NCBI GenBank assembly: GCA_963828255.1
Contig: CAWHDZ010000015.1
Span: forward strand, 128,001 to 192,000
Direction: 5' to 3'
DNA: 64,000 bases
Source: an uncultured delta proteobacterium
Lineage (GTDB): Bacteria; Myxococcota; Myxococcia; Myxococcales; Anaeromyxobacteraceae
Position 1 is the stretch's first letter. The number at the start of each line of letters is the position of its first letter. This document shows, piece by piece, positions 41,908 to 53,322 of this stretch. The position numbers were made by a program, and so were the translations under genes. The notes beneath the pieces were generated by a model. That model searched no databases. It had not been told where the DNA came from and saw only the letters and a program-made list of their open reading frames with translations.

Positions 41908-42948
41908 ATGGAACTCTCCGAGCTCGACTTCGCGCTCCCCGATGAGCTCATCGCCCAGGCGCCGGTGGAGCCCCGGGGCGCCTCGCGCCTCCTCCTCCTC
42001 CCGCGCTCCGGCGGCGCGTCCCGGCACCTGCGCTTCGACGACCTGCCCGACCTGCTCGCGCCGGGCGATCTCCTGGTCCTGAACGACAGCCGCGTCATCC
42101 CGGCCCGCCTCATCGGACGCAAGTCGAGCGGGGGAAGGGTGGAGGTGCTCCTCGTCGAGCCGGCTGCCGCCGTCCCGCCGGGCGAGCCGTCCCGCTGGCT
42201 GGCGATGGCCCAGGCGTCGAAGCCCATCCGCGTCGGCACCTCCATCGACTTCGACGGGCTCGGTGCGGAGGTGGTGCGGGTCGAAGGGGAGGGGTTCTAC
42301 GAGGTCCGCTTCGACCGCGACGAGGCCGGGCTGGCCGGGGCGCTCGAGCGGGTCGGCCGGATCCCGCTCCCGCCCTACATCCGTCGCGCGCCGGACGCAG
42401 GCGACCGGGAGCGCTACCAGACGGTCGTCGCCCGCGAGCCGGGGAGCGTGGCAGCCCCCACCGCTGGTCTCCACTTCACGCCCGAACTCCTGGCCCGCCT
42501 CGCGTCGCGGGGAGTCGCGCGGGCCACCGTGACGCTGCACGTCGGTCCGGGGACCTTCCTGCCGGTGCGGACCTCCAGGCTGGAGGAGCACCGGATGCAC
42601 TCCGAGCGGTACGAGGTGCCGGAGGCGACCTGTCGCGCGTTTGACGCAGCGCGTAGGAGCGGCGGGCGCGTCGTCGCGGTCGGGACCACGGCGGTCCGGA
42701 CGCTCGAGAGCGCCATCACACCCGACGGGCTCACCGCCGGCCCGGGGCGAACCGGGATCTTCATCCTGCCCGGTCACGCGTTCCGGGCCGTGGACGGACT
42801 GTTAACGAATTTTCACCTGCCGCGATCGACCTTGCTGGCCCTGGTCTGCGCCTTCGGTGGAACGGAACGGGTGCTCCGGGCCTACCGCGAGGCGGTGTCG
42901 GCGAGGTATCGTTTCTTCAGCTACGGCGACGCGATGGCGGTCCTCTGA
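41908..42948 (+). CDS. queA: S-adenosylmethionine:tRNA ribosyltransferase-isomerase
   Basis: DFALPDELIAQ, PLPPYIRR, YQT, AAPTAGLHF, VGTT, TNFHLP, FFSYGDAM. Confidence 0.96.
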   Translation: MELSELDFALPDELIAQAPVEPRGASRLLLLPRSGGASRHLRFDDLPDLLAPGDLLVLNDSRVIPARLIGRKSSGGRVEVLLVEPAAAVPPGEPSRWLAMAQASKPIRVGTSIDFDGLGAEVVRVEGEGFYEVRFDRDEAGLAGALERVGRIPLPPYIRRAPDAGDRERYQTVVAREPGSVAAPTAGLHFTPELLARLASRGVARATVTLHVGPGTFLPVRTSRLEEHRMHSERYEVPEATCRAFDAARRSGGRVVAVGTTAVRTLESAITPDGLTAGPGRTGIFILPGHAFRAVDGLLTNFHLPRSTLLALVCAFGGTERVLRAYREAVSARYRFFSYGDAMAVL

Positions 42949-43019
42949 GAAAAGTAGAAAGTCCGACGGGTCGTGCCACCCTTGTCTCGTTAGATGTGAA
43001 CGGGTCCCCGAAGCAGACG

Positions 43020-44844
<1,825 letters not shown>

Positions 44845-44948
44845 GGACGCCATGCCGGGCCGGCTTCCCCCAGGTGTCGTTTCGGGGGTTGCTTGCCGGC
44901 GCAAAGTGTGGCTAAAACACGACGCTTTTTCCAATGACCGGAGCATCC

Positions 44949-45296
44949 ATGCACTCGATCCTCACGGCCTTCCTCGCGCAGACCGCGCCGGACGCGCCGA
45001 ATCCCCTGATGCAGCTCGTCCCCTTCGTCCTCATCGCCGTGGTCTTCTACCTGGTGTTCTTCCGCCCCCAGCAGAAGCAGGTGAAGAAGCACCAGAAGTT
45101 CGTGTCCGAGCTGCAGAAGGGGCAGGACGTCGTCACCCAGGGCGGCATGATCGGCAAGATCTTCCAGGTCGAGGACAAGACCGTGACGCTCGACTTCGGG
45201 GGCGGCAACAAGATCCGCTTCGTGAAGGGTCAGATCGCGGGCTCATGGTCCGACGAGACCGGCTCCTCCGAGAAGGACGCCAAGGAGAAGAAGTAG
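44949..45296 (+). CDS. yajC: Preprotein translocase subunit YajC
   Basis: FYLVFFRPQQK, LQKGQDVVTQGGMIG; between tgt and secD. Confidence 0.93.
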   Translation: MHSILTAFLAQTAPDAPNPLMQLVPFVLIAVVFYLVFFRPQQKQVKKHQKFVSELQKGQDVVTQGGMIGKIFQVEDKTVTLDFGGGNKIRFVKGQIAGSWSDETGSSEKDAKEKK

Positions 45297-47126
45297 ATGG
45301 AGCGCAACTGGTACTGGCGGCTGGGGCTCGTCCTCGCCGTCCTCTTCTGGTCCATCTGGCAGCTCGTGCCCACCTGGGCCTACTTCCGCTTGCCCCCCGG
45401 CGAGCGAAACGGCCCGGAGTTCGAGCAGTCGGTCCCCGGCTGGGCGCCCGACGCGAAGAAGCACCTGAACCTCGGCCTCGACCTGCAGGGGGGCATCCTG
45501 CTGGCCATGGGCGTGGACGTCGATCGGGCCGTGAAGGCCAAGGTCGTCCGCCGCGCCGACGAGATCTTCGACTTCCTCAAGGGGAAGAACCTGCCTGTCA
45601 CCGCGGCGGGCCCGTCGGCCGACGGCAACCGCGTCGAGGTCAAGACCACCGACCCGAAGCAGGTCGAGCAGGTGGTCCAGGACTTCTACGGGGCCGAGAT
45701 GTCGTCCCCCGGCGGCGCGCCGGAAGGTTCGGTGTGGTTCGCCTTCCGGACCGACGTCATCAAGAACTTCAAGGAGAAGGCCGTCGAGCAGGCGGAGAAG
45801 ACCATCCGCAACCGCGTCGACAAGTGGGGCGTCTCCGAGCCGGACATCAAGCGCAAGCAGAACGCCCAGATCCAGATCCAGCTCCCCGGATTCAAGGACC
45901 CGGGCAAGGCCAAGGACCTGCTCGGCCGCACCGCGCAGCTCGAGTTCAAGATCGCCGACGACGAGTCGACTGCGCTCGACGCCATCCGCACGGAGATGCC
46001 ACCCTGCCCGCAGGGGCCGGACGGCGGCATCGCGCTGCCGCTCCCGGTCACCGGCTGCTACTACGTCGAGCAGGTGGACCTTCCCTCCGGCATCCGGCGC
46101 CAGTCCACCTACGTGGCCACCGGCAAGCGCACCGACCTCGACGTGATCATCGAGAAGTCGCTGAAGCCCCGCATCACGCGCGACCAGGAGATCGGGATCG
46201 GCGAGGTCGTGGTCGGCCAGGGGCTCGTGAAGGAGCGCTTCTACCGGACCTACCTGCTCCGCGCCAAGACCGAGCTGACCGGCGACTACATCTCCGACGC
46301 CCGCCCCTCGGTGGACAACTCCAAGGGGGCAGGCGACCCGGTGGTGGCCTTCGCGATGTCGGCGGAGGGGGCCCGGCTCATGGAGCGGCTCACCACCGAC
46401 AACCTGGGGCGCCGCATGGCCATCGTGCTCGACTCCAAGGTGGAGAGCGCGCCCTACATCCAGGGCAAGATCTCCAGCAACGGGCAGATCACGCTGGGCA
46501 CCGGCCGCAACTACCAGGAGAAGTTCCAGGAGGCGAACGACATCTCGATCGTCCTCAAGGCCGGTGCGCTCCCCGCCCCGGTGACCATCTTCGAGGAGCG
46601 CAGCGTGGGCGCCACCCTCGGGCCGGAACTGGTGCGCAAGGGCACCATCGCCGCGCTCGTGGGCCTGGGCGCGGTCATGCTCTTCATGCTGCTCTACTAC
46701 CGGGCGAGCGGCCTCATCGCCAACGTCGCGCTGGTGGAGAACGGCCTGCTCGTGCTCGCCATCATGTCGCTGCTCGGTTCCACGCTCACGCTGCCGGGCA
46801 TCGCCGGCTTCGTGCTCACCCTGGGCATGGCGGTGGACGCCAACGTCCTCATCAACGAGCGCATCCGCGAGGAACTGCGCGCCGGCAAGACGGTCCGGCA
46901 GGCGGTGGACCAGGGCTACGACAAGGTCTTCTGGACCATCGTGGACAGCCACGTCACCGCGCTGGTGGCGGCCGTGGTCCTGATGCAGTACGGCTCCGGC
47001 CCGGTACGCGGGTTCGCCGTCACCCTGATCATCGGCCTCCTCGCGTCGATGTTCACCTCCATCGTCGTCACCCGCGTGATCGTCGACTGGACCACGCGCC
47101 ACGACAACGCCCGGCTGAGCGTCTGA
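45297..47126 (+). CDS. secD: Protein translocase subunit SecD
   Basis: LGLDLQGG, GVSEP, LKAGALPAP, GMAVDANVLINERIREE, GPVRGFA. Confidence 0.96.
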   Translation: MERNWYWRLGLVLAVLFWSIWQLVPTWAYFRLPPGERNGPEFEQSVPGWAPDAKKHLNLGLDLQGGILLAMGVDVDRAVKAKVVRRADEIFDFLKGKNLPVTAAGPSADGNRVEVKTTDPKQVEQVVQDFYGAEMSSPGGAPEGSVWFAFRTDVIKNFKEKAVEQAEKTIRNRVDKWGVSEPDIKRKQNAQIQIQLPGFKDPGKAKDLLGRTAQLEFKIADDESTALDAIRTEMPPCPQGPDGGIALPLPVTGCYYVEQVDLPSGIRRQSTYVATGKRTDLDVIIEKSLKPRITRDQEIGIGEVVVGQGLVKERFYRTYLLRAKTELTGDYISDARPSVDNSKGAGDPVVAFAMSAEGARLMERLTTDNLGRRMAIVLDSKVESAPYIQGKISSNGQITLGTGRNYQEKFQEANDISIVLKAGALPAPVTIFEERSVGATLGPELVRKGTIAALVGLGAVMLFMLLYYRASGLIANVALVENGLLVLAIMSLLGSTLTLPGIAGFVLTLGMAVDANVLINERIREELRAGKTVRQAVDQGYDKVFWTIVDSHVTALVAAVVLMQYGSGPVRGFAVTLIIGLLASMFTSIVVTRVIVDWTTRHDNARLSV

Positions 47127-48304
47127 TGCAATTCAAGAGCTTCGACATCGTCCCCCACGGGACCAAGTTCGACTTCGTCGGGAAGCGCAAGATCGCGCTC
47201 ATCCTGTCCACCCTCTTCAACCTGTCGGTGATCCTCTGGGCGCTCCCCCAGGTCCACGGCCTCAACTACGGGGTGGACTTCGCGGGCGGCACCGAGATGC
47301 AGGTGAAGTTCGACAAGGCGGTGGATCCCGGCGAGGTCCGGAAGCACATCGAGGCCCTCGGCTTCACGGACGCCGTGGTCCAGACCTACGGCCCGGAGAG
47401 CGAGCACAGCTACCTCATCCGCGTCGGGCGCGTGGCGCTGCTCACGCCCGAGGACGCCGCCCGCATCGTGGCGGCCGTGAAGGCGAAGTTCCCGGTCATC
47501 GGCCAGCCGGCCTTCAGCCCCGAGGTGGGCGACAAGATCGACTTCGAGTTCCAGGTGCTCCCATCCCAGGCCGAGTTGCAGGCGGTCGTCGAGTCGACCG
47601 GGGTCAAGGTCAGGGAGATCCGGGAGGAGGCGGGGCTCACCGCCGGGACCCGGTCGCTGGCCGTCCTCACCCAGGGCATCCAGGACCGCGTCGAGAAGGA
47701 GCTCGCCGCCCGCTTCGCCGACGCCACGCCCCAGGTGCTCCGGGTCGAGTACGTCGGCCCGGCGGTGGGGCGCGAGCTCCGCAACCAGGGGTTCAAGGCC
47801 ATCATCTACGCCATCGCGCTCATCGTGGTCTACGTCGGTCTTCGCTTCGACTTCCGGTTCTCCCCCGGGGTGGTCATCGCCATCCTGCACGACGCCATCG
47901 TCACGCTCGGTTACTTCGCCTTCACCGGCCGGGAGTTCAACCTCACCTCGGTGGCGGTCATCCTCACGGTGGTCGGCTACTCGGTGAACGACACGGTCGT
48001 GGTCTACGACCGGATCCGCGAGAACCAGGGCAAGCTCAAGGGCAAGAAGCTCGCCGACATCGTCAACGTCTCCATCAACGAGACCCTGGGCCGGACCATC
48101 CTCACCTCGTTCGCGACGTCGCTTTCCCTGCTCGGGCTCCTCATCTTCGGCGTCGGAACCATCTTCGACTTCGCCATGGCCATGCTCATCGGCATCGTCT
48201 CCGGCACCTATTCCACCTGGTTCATCGCCGCTCCGATGACCATCTGGCTCGAGGAGAGGGCCGAGGCGGCGAAGCAGAGGAAGGGCGGCGCCCGCGCCGC
48301 GTGA
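47126..48304 (+). CDS. secF: Protein translocase subunit SecF
   Basis: GVDFAGG, VGPAVG, HDAI, GYSVNDTVVVYDRIRE, RTILTS, GTYS. Confidence 0.96.
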   Translation: MQFKSFDIVPHGTKFDFVGKRKIALILSTLFNLSVILWALPQVHGLNYGVDFAGGTEMQVKFDKAVDPGEVRKHIEALGFTDAVVQTYGPESEHSYLIRVGRVALLTPEDAARIVAAVKAKFPVIGQPAFSPEVGDKIDFEFQVLPSQAELQAVVESTGVKVREIREEAGLTAGTRSLAVLTQGIQDRVEKELAARFADATPQVLRVEYVGPAVGRELRNQGFKAIIYAIALIVVYVGLRFDFRFSPGVVIAILHDAIVTLGYFAFTGREFNLTSVAVILTVVGYSVNDTVVVYDRIRENQGKLKGKKLADIVNVSINETLGRTILTSFATSLSLLGLLIFGVGTIFDFAMAMLIGIVSGTYSTWFIAAPMTIWLEERAEAAKQRKGGARAA

Positions 48305-48336
48305 CGACCGGGTAGATTAGGAAAGATTCATGATCG

Positions 48337-48366
48337 CGAGGGGCCCGTCGAAAGCCGGGCCCCTCG
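48337..48366 (+). terminator. GC-rich hairpin downstream of secF (possible terminator)
   Basis: CGAGGGGCCC / GGGCCCCTCG arms around a GAAA-containing loop; only a weak U-tract follows. Confidence 0.4.
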
Positions 48367-48443
48367 TCCCATTTCCGGGGTACACGAGTGGGCCCCGAAC
48401 AGGTACCTTTCCGGGGCTCGCGGAACGGTGAGGAGATTCACGC

Positions 48444-50660
48444 GTGGACATGGTGTCGAGCGCCGTCGCAGCGGCCGCCGTGCTGCTGGCGATCGTCATG
48501 GCTGTCGGCCACGTGGTCAAGCGGCGCCGCAGGATGGCGCACGACGCCGTGGTGCTCAAGGACAAGCAGGAGAAGAACCTCCACATCCCGCGGTCGCTCC
48601 ACCCCGTCATCGACACGGACATCTGCATCGGATCCCTCTCCTGCCTGAAGGCCTGCCCGGAGGGGGACATCCTGGGCATCCAGAAAGGCACGGCGACCCT
48701 GGTCCACGCCGACCACTGCATCGGTCACGGCCGGTGCGCCGCGGAGTGCCCCGTCCAGGCCATCCGCCTCGTGATGGGAACCCACGAGCGAGGCGTGGAC
48801 CTCCCCGAGGTGGACGAGTACTTCGAGTCGAGCCGGCCCGGGGTCCACGTGGTGGGTGAACTGGGCGGGATGGGGCTCCTGCGCAACGCCGTCCGGCAGG
48901 GGCTGCACGCCGCCAAGCGGCTCGACGGAATCCTCCCCAAGGGGGGCGGCGGCAAGGCGGTGGACGTGGTCATCGTCGGCGCCGGCGCGGCCGGCCTCGC
49001 CACCGCGTGCGCGCTCCACGAGGCGGGGCGGAGCTACAGGCTCCTCGAGCAGGGGACCTGGGGCGGCACGATGTACCACTACCCGCGCCGGAAGATCGTC
49101 ATGACCGAGCCCGCCACCATCCCGGGCTTCGGCAAGATCGGAAAGTCCATCATCAGCAAGGAGGAGCTGCTCGAGACCTGGGGCAAGGCCATCGAGAAGA
49201 TCCAGGTGAAGGTCGACGAGGGGATCCAGGTCACCGGCATCGACGGCGAGGACGGCGCCTTCGCGGTCCACACCACGAAGGGGATCATCGACGCACGCAA
49301 GGTCGTGCTCGCCTGCGGCCGCCGCGGCACGCCGAGGAAGATGGGGGTCCCGGGCGAGGAGCTCCAGAAGGTCACCTACGGCTTCACCGACGCCGAGCAG
49401 TACGGCGGGCGGCGGGTCCTCGTGGTGGGCGGAGGCGACTCGGCCCTCGAGGCGGCCATCCAGATCGCCGAGCTGGGCACCTCCGAGGTGGCGCTCTCCT
49501 ACCGCGGCGCCGAGCTCGGACGGGCCCGGCAGGCCAACCGGGACAAGCTGACCGCCCTCTCCGAGGCCGGGCAGCTCACGCTGCTCCTGCCCTCGCAGAT
49601 CAAGTACGTCACCGAGACCGAGGTCCGACTCGAATGGGACGGGCGCGAGATGCGCCTGCCCAACGACGACATCATCGTCAACATCGGCGGCGACCCGCCC
49701 GACGGCTTCCTCAAGAAGGCCGGCGTGGAGATGCGCCGCTACAAGGGGGAGCAGCTCGGGGCCAAGACCGGCGAGGACTACGTCAGCGAGGAGGAGATGA
49801 AGATGCGCCGGAGGCTGCGGCGCACGCTGGCGCTCTACGCCTGCCTGGGAGCCACCATCGTGGCCTACCTGGCCTACAAGGGCTGGGGCTACTACCAGCT
49901 CACCACCATGGCCCGGCTTCGGTCGCCGATGCACGGCGCCTTCAAGTCGGCGGGGCCGTGGGGGCACGGGGTGGGGATCGTGGCCACGGTCTTCATGCTC
50001 TCGAACTTCCTCTACCCGGTGCGCAAGCGCACCCGGTCCCTGACCGGCCTGGGGGACATCCGCGACTGGCTCAACTTCCACGTCTTCGTGGGGTTCATGA
50101 GCCCGCTCGTCATCGCGTTCCACGCCGCGTTCCAGTCGAACAACGTGCTCGCCACCGCGACCGCCATCGCGCTCGGGATCGTGGTGGGCACCGGGCTCAT
50201 CGGCCGCTTCATCTACGGGCTCGTTCCCTCCGTGGACGGCCACGCCGAGGAGCTCGAGCTCATCTCCGGCCGGTTCGAGCGGCTCCGGTCCACCGTTGAG
50301 CCGATGCTCGCCGGGGCCCGGGAGAGGAACCGGCTCGACAAGCTGGTGGCCTCGGCGACGGCCCAGGTTCCGAAGAGCTCTCTCATCGTCGCCCTCCTGC
50401 GGGAGCCGCTGTCCGGGCTGCGCTTCCGGTTTCGCCTCCTGCGGGTGCGGTTCCTCTTCACCGGGACGTCGCAGTACACTCGATTTCGCATCTCGGTGCT
50501 GCGCCTGCGCCGGCTCCGTTTCCAGATCGCCTTTTACGGCGGCCTGCGAAACCTGCTACGAAACTGGCGTGTCATGCACGCCTCCCTGGCGGTCTTCCTC
50601 GTCTTCGTCATGACCGTGCACATCGGCGTCTCGCTCTACCTGGGCTACGGACTGAAATGA
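48444..50660 (+). CDS. Membrane-bound oxidoreductase: N-terminal anchor, ferredoxin-like domain, TrxR/YpdA-like FAD/NAD(P)H domain, putative di-heme b membrane domain
   Basis: CIGSLSCLKACP and CIGHGRCAAECP; VIVGAGAAG; VVGGGDSA..SYR; TM segments with H-x13-H pairs (HVFVGFMSPLVIAFH, HASLAVFLVFVMTVH). Confidence 0.8.
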   Translation: MDMVSSAVAAAAVLLAIVMAVGHVVKRRRRMAHDAVVLKDKQEKNLHIPRSLHPVIDTDICIGSLSCLKACPEGDILGIQKGTATLVHADHCIGHGRCAAECPVQAIRLVMGTHERGVDLPEVDEYFESSRPGVHVVGELGGMGLLRNAVRQGLHAAKRLDGILPKGGGGKAVDVVIVGAGAAGLATACALHEAGRSYRLLEQGTWGGTMYHYPRRKIVMTEPATIPGFGKIGKSIISKEELLETWGKAIEKIQVKVDEGIQVTGIDGEDGAFAVHTTKGIIDARKVVLACGRRGTPRKMGVPGEELQKVTYGFTDAEQYGGRRVLVVGGGDSALEAAIQIAELGTSEVALSYRGAELGRARQANRDKLTALSEAGQLTLLLPSQIKYVTETEVRLEWDGREMRLPNDDIIVNIGGDPPDGFLKKAGVEMRRYKGEQLGAKTGEDYVSEEEMKMRRRLRRTLALYACLGATIVAYLAYKGWGYYQLTTMARLRSPMHGAFKSAGPWGHGVGIVATVFMLSNFLYPVRKRTRSLTGLGDIRDWLNFHVFVGFMSPLVIAFHAAFQSNNVLATATAIALGIVVGTGLIGRFIYGLVPSVDGHAEELELISGRFERLRSTVEPMLAGARERNRLDKLVASATAQVPKSSLIVALLREPLSGLRFRFRLLRVRFLFTGTSQYTRFRISVLRLRRLRFQIAFYGGLRNLLRNWRVMHASLAVFLVFVMTVHIGVSLYLGYGLK

Positions 50661-52477
50661 CCAATCGACGAACCTGCACGGGTACCCGCCAGATCCTCGC
50701 CCCGCTGGCCGTCGCCGTCGCGCTGCTCGCCCTCCCGGCGCGGGCCGACCTCATCTCCCCCGGCGAGCTCTCCCGCGCCCACGAGAAGCTGGAGGGGCTA
50801 CAGAACTGCACCAAGTGCCACCCGGCCGGGAAGCAGTTCTCCGCCGAGAAGTGCCTGGAGTGCCACAAGGAGCTTCGCCCCAGCCTCTCTTCGGGGAAGG
50901 GGCTCCACGGACGGGCCTCCGAGAAGAAGTGCGAAGCCTGCCACCACGAGCACCACGGCAAGGACTTCCCGCAGATCGACTGGGGCGAGGCCGGGCAGAA
51001 GGCCTTCGACCACGCCAGGACCGGGTACCCCCTGGTCGGCAAGCACGCCAAGGCGAAGTGCGAGACCTGCCACGACCCCCGCCGCGTCACCGATCCCGCC
51101 GTGAAGGAGGTCCTGGCGAAGGGGCGCAAGAGCCTCCTCGGCGCGCCGGCAACCTGCGCCGGGTGCCACTTCGACGAGCACCGGACCCAGCTCGGGAACG
51201 ACTGCCAGAAGTGCCACGACCCCAACGCCTGGAAGCCCGCCACCAAGGGGTTCGACCACGCGTTGACCAAGTACCCGCTCAACGGGCTGCACGCCAAGGT
51301 CCCCTGCGCCAAGTGCCACGTTCCCCTGGTCGATCCGGAGGGCAAGCACACCTTCCCCCAGGCCGTCTCGGTCACCTACGCGAAGTACAAGCCGCTGCCC
51401 TTCGCCGCCTGCACCGACTGCCACAAGGACCCGCACCAGAACCGCTTCGGCGCGCTCTGCATCACCTGCCACGTCGTGGAGGGCTGGAAGGTCATGAAGG
51501 TGGGGCAGGGCGACAAGATCGCCTTCCACGAGAAGGCCCGCTACCAGCTCCGCGGCGCCCACCAGCAGGTGGAGTGCAAGTTCTGCCACGGTCCCTTCGA
51601 GGGGCAGGCGAAGGCGAGGTACAAGGACCTGGCGTTCAAGGCCTGCACCGACTGCCACCAGGACGCCCACCTCGGCCAGCTGGGGAAGGCCGGGCAGCCC
51701 CCGGCGGCCTGCGATCGCTGCCACGTCGTGCAGGGCTGGGTGCCGGTGCGCTTCGAGCTGGCCGAGCACCAGAAGACCAAGTACCCGCTCGAGGGCGCCC
51801 ACGTGGCCGTGGCCTGCGATCGCTGCCACGTGAAGACCAACAAGCTCGCCGAAAAGGCCCCGGCCGCGATGCGCGCCGAGATGAAGCGGCAGCGACGCCC
51901 GGTGAAGGTGAGCGAGTTCACCATGGAGAAGAAGGTGGACGGGAAGAAGTGCACCTCCTGCCACCGCGACGTCCACCAGGCGCAGTTCGAGAAGCGCATG
52001 GCGGTGGAGGGGTGCACGGCCTGCCATGACCAGGCCAGCTTCACGAAGACCAGGTTCGACCACGCCCGGGACACCAAGTTCCGGCTCGACGGAAAGCACG
52101 GCAAGACGGCCTGCGCCTCCTGCCACGCCGCCGCGACCGGAAAGGACGGGAAGCCCTACGTGAAGTACGCCGGTGCGCCCACGGCCTGCGCGAAGTGCCA
52201 CGCCGACCGGCACGCCGCCCAGTTCGCGGTGAAGAAGGTGACCCAGTGCGCCTCCTGCCACGGCGTCGAGGATTGGAAGAAGCTCAAGTTCGTCCACGCC
52301 GAGCCGTTCACGACCTACACGCTGACAGGCAAGCACGCCAAGGTGACCTGCGAGAAGTGCCACCCGCCGGTCAAGATCGGCACCCTCGAGATCAAGCGGT
52401 ACAAGCCGGTGTCGCGCGACTGCCAGGGATGCCACGCCGACTTCCACAAGGGCGCCTTCCGGGGGTACGAGCCGTGA
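50657..52477 (+). CDS. Periplasmic multiheme cytochrome c, 20 CxxCH motifs
   Basis: Signal peptide (…LALPARA|D); 20 CxxCH counted by hand; repeated F-x-H..T-x-(Y/F)-x-L-x-G-x-H triheme units. Confidence 0.92.
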   Translation: MTNRRTCTGTRQILAPLAVAVALLALPARADLISPGELSRAHEKLEGLQNCTKCHPAGKQFSAEKCLECHKELRPSLSSGKGLHGRASEKKCEACHHEHHGKDFPQIDWGEAGQKAFDHARTGYPLVGKHAKAKCETCHDPRRVTDPAVKEVLAKGRKSLLGAPATCAGCHFDEHRTQLGNDCQKCHDPNAWKPATKGFDHALTKYPLNGLHAKVPCAKCHVPLVDPEGKHTFPQAVSVTYAKYKPLPFAACTDCHKDPHQNRFGALCITCHVVEGWKVMKVGQGDKIAFHEKARYQLRGAHQQVECKFCHGPFEGQAKARYKDLAFKACTDCHQDAHLGQLGKAGQPPAACDRCHVVQGWVPVRFELAEHQKTKYPLEGAHVAVACDRCHVKTNKLAEKAPAAMRAEMKRQRRPVKVSEFTMEKKVDGKKCTSCHRDVHQAQFEKRMAVEGCTACHDQASFTKTRFDHARDTKFRLDGKHGKTACASCHAAATGKDGKPYVKYAGAPTACAKCHADRHAAQFAVKKVTQCASCHGVEDWKKLKFVHAEPFTTYTLTGKHAKVTCEKCHPPVKIGTLEIKRYKPVSRDCQGCHADFHKGAFRGYEP

Positions 52478-53322
52478 TCCACCTCGCCGCAGCCGCCGCG
52501 CTGTTCCTGGCCGCCGCACCACAGGCTCCCCAGGCGCACGCCCCCGCCGACACCAAGTGCTCGGCCTGCCACACGCCCGAGGGGTGGGGGGACGTGAAGT
52601 TCGTCCACGAGCGGACCGGGTTCCCGCTCACCGGGCAGCACGCCCAGGTGGCCTGCCGCAAGTGCCACGTGGTGGACTTCAAGCAGCCGCTGCCCCGAAG
52701 CTGCTCGGCCTGCCACCGCGACGTCCACGGCGGCAACGCGGGCGTCCAGTGCGCCACCTGCCACGACACCGAGAGCTGGAAGTCCCGCTTCGACGCGGAC
52801 GCCCACCGGCGCACCAACTTTCCGCTGCAGGGGCGCCACGCGCTGCTCCCCTGCGAGCAGTGCCACGGCGACAGGCGCGATCGCTCCTTCGCACGTCCCA
52901 CCGTTCCGTGCGCGGATTGCCACCAGGCCGACCTCTCCAACGCGGCGGCGAAGGGGGTGGACCACTCGGGGTTCGGGAACACGTGCCTGGGCTGCCACGG
53001 CTTCTGGCGCTGGAGCCCGGCCACCTTCTCGGGGCACGGGGCCTGCTTCCCCATCGACTCGGGCAGGCACGCCGGAATTCCCTGCCTGAGCTGCCACGTC
53101 ACGCTGCCCGTGCCGCTCGTCATCGGGTCCTGCACCAGCCAGCCTTCCCCGTCCTGCATCCAGTGCCACCCCTGCGCGTCGCACCCCCAGGTCCAGAGCT
53201 TCGTCTGCACCGACCAGGCCTGCTACGGATGCCACTACAACGGGCAGGTCAACGAGGGCGGCGGGAACCTCCGGACCAGGCAGCTGCGGATCGGACCCAC
53301 GCGGAGGACGGTGAAGCCATGA
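52474..53322 (+). CDS. Multiheme cytochrome c, 10 CxxCH motifs
   Basis: GTG start overlapping the upstream TGA; hydrophobic N-terminus; 10 CxxCH counted; same repeat unit; four extra Cys near the C-terminus. Confidence 0.9.
   Translation: MIHLAAAAALFLAAAPQAPQAHAPADTKCSACHTPEGWGDVKFVHERTGFPLTGQHAQVACRKCHVVDFKQPLPRSCSACHRDVHGGNAGVQCATCHDTESWKSRFDADAHRRTNFPLQGRHALLPCEQCHGDRRDRSFARPTVPCADCHQADLSNAAAKGVDHSGFGNTCLGCHGFWRWSPATFSGHGACFPIDSGRHAGIPCLSCHVTLPVPLVIGSCTSQPSPSCIQCHPCASHPQVQSFVCTDQACYGCHYNGQVNEGGGNLRTRQLRIGPTRRTVKP

Noticed and set aside
44852..48304. 1150-aa ORF suggesting an extended or fused SecF
   Set aside because: The upstream part is an off-frame read-through of yajC/secD; SecF starts at ATG 47126.
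48330..48430. c-di-GMP-I riboswitch upstream of the cytochrome operon (GAAA-capped stem)
   Set aside because: Lacks the GCAAA / GACGCAAAG conserved elements; better explained as a plain hairpin.
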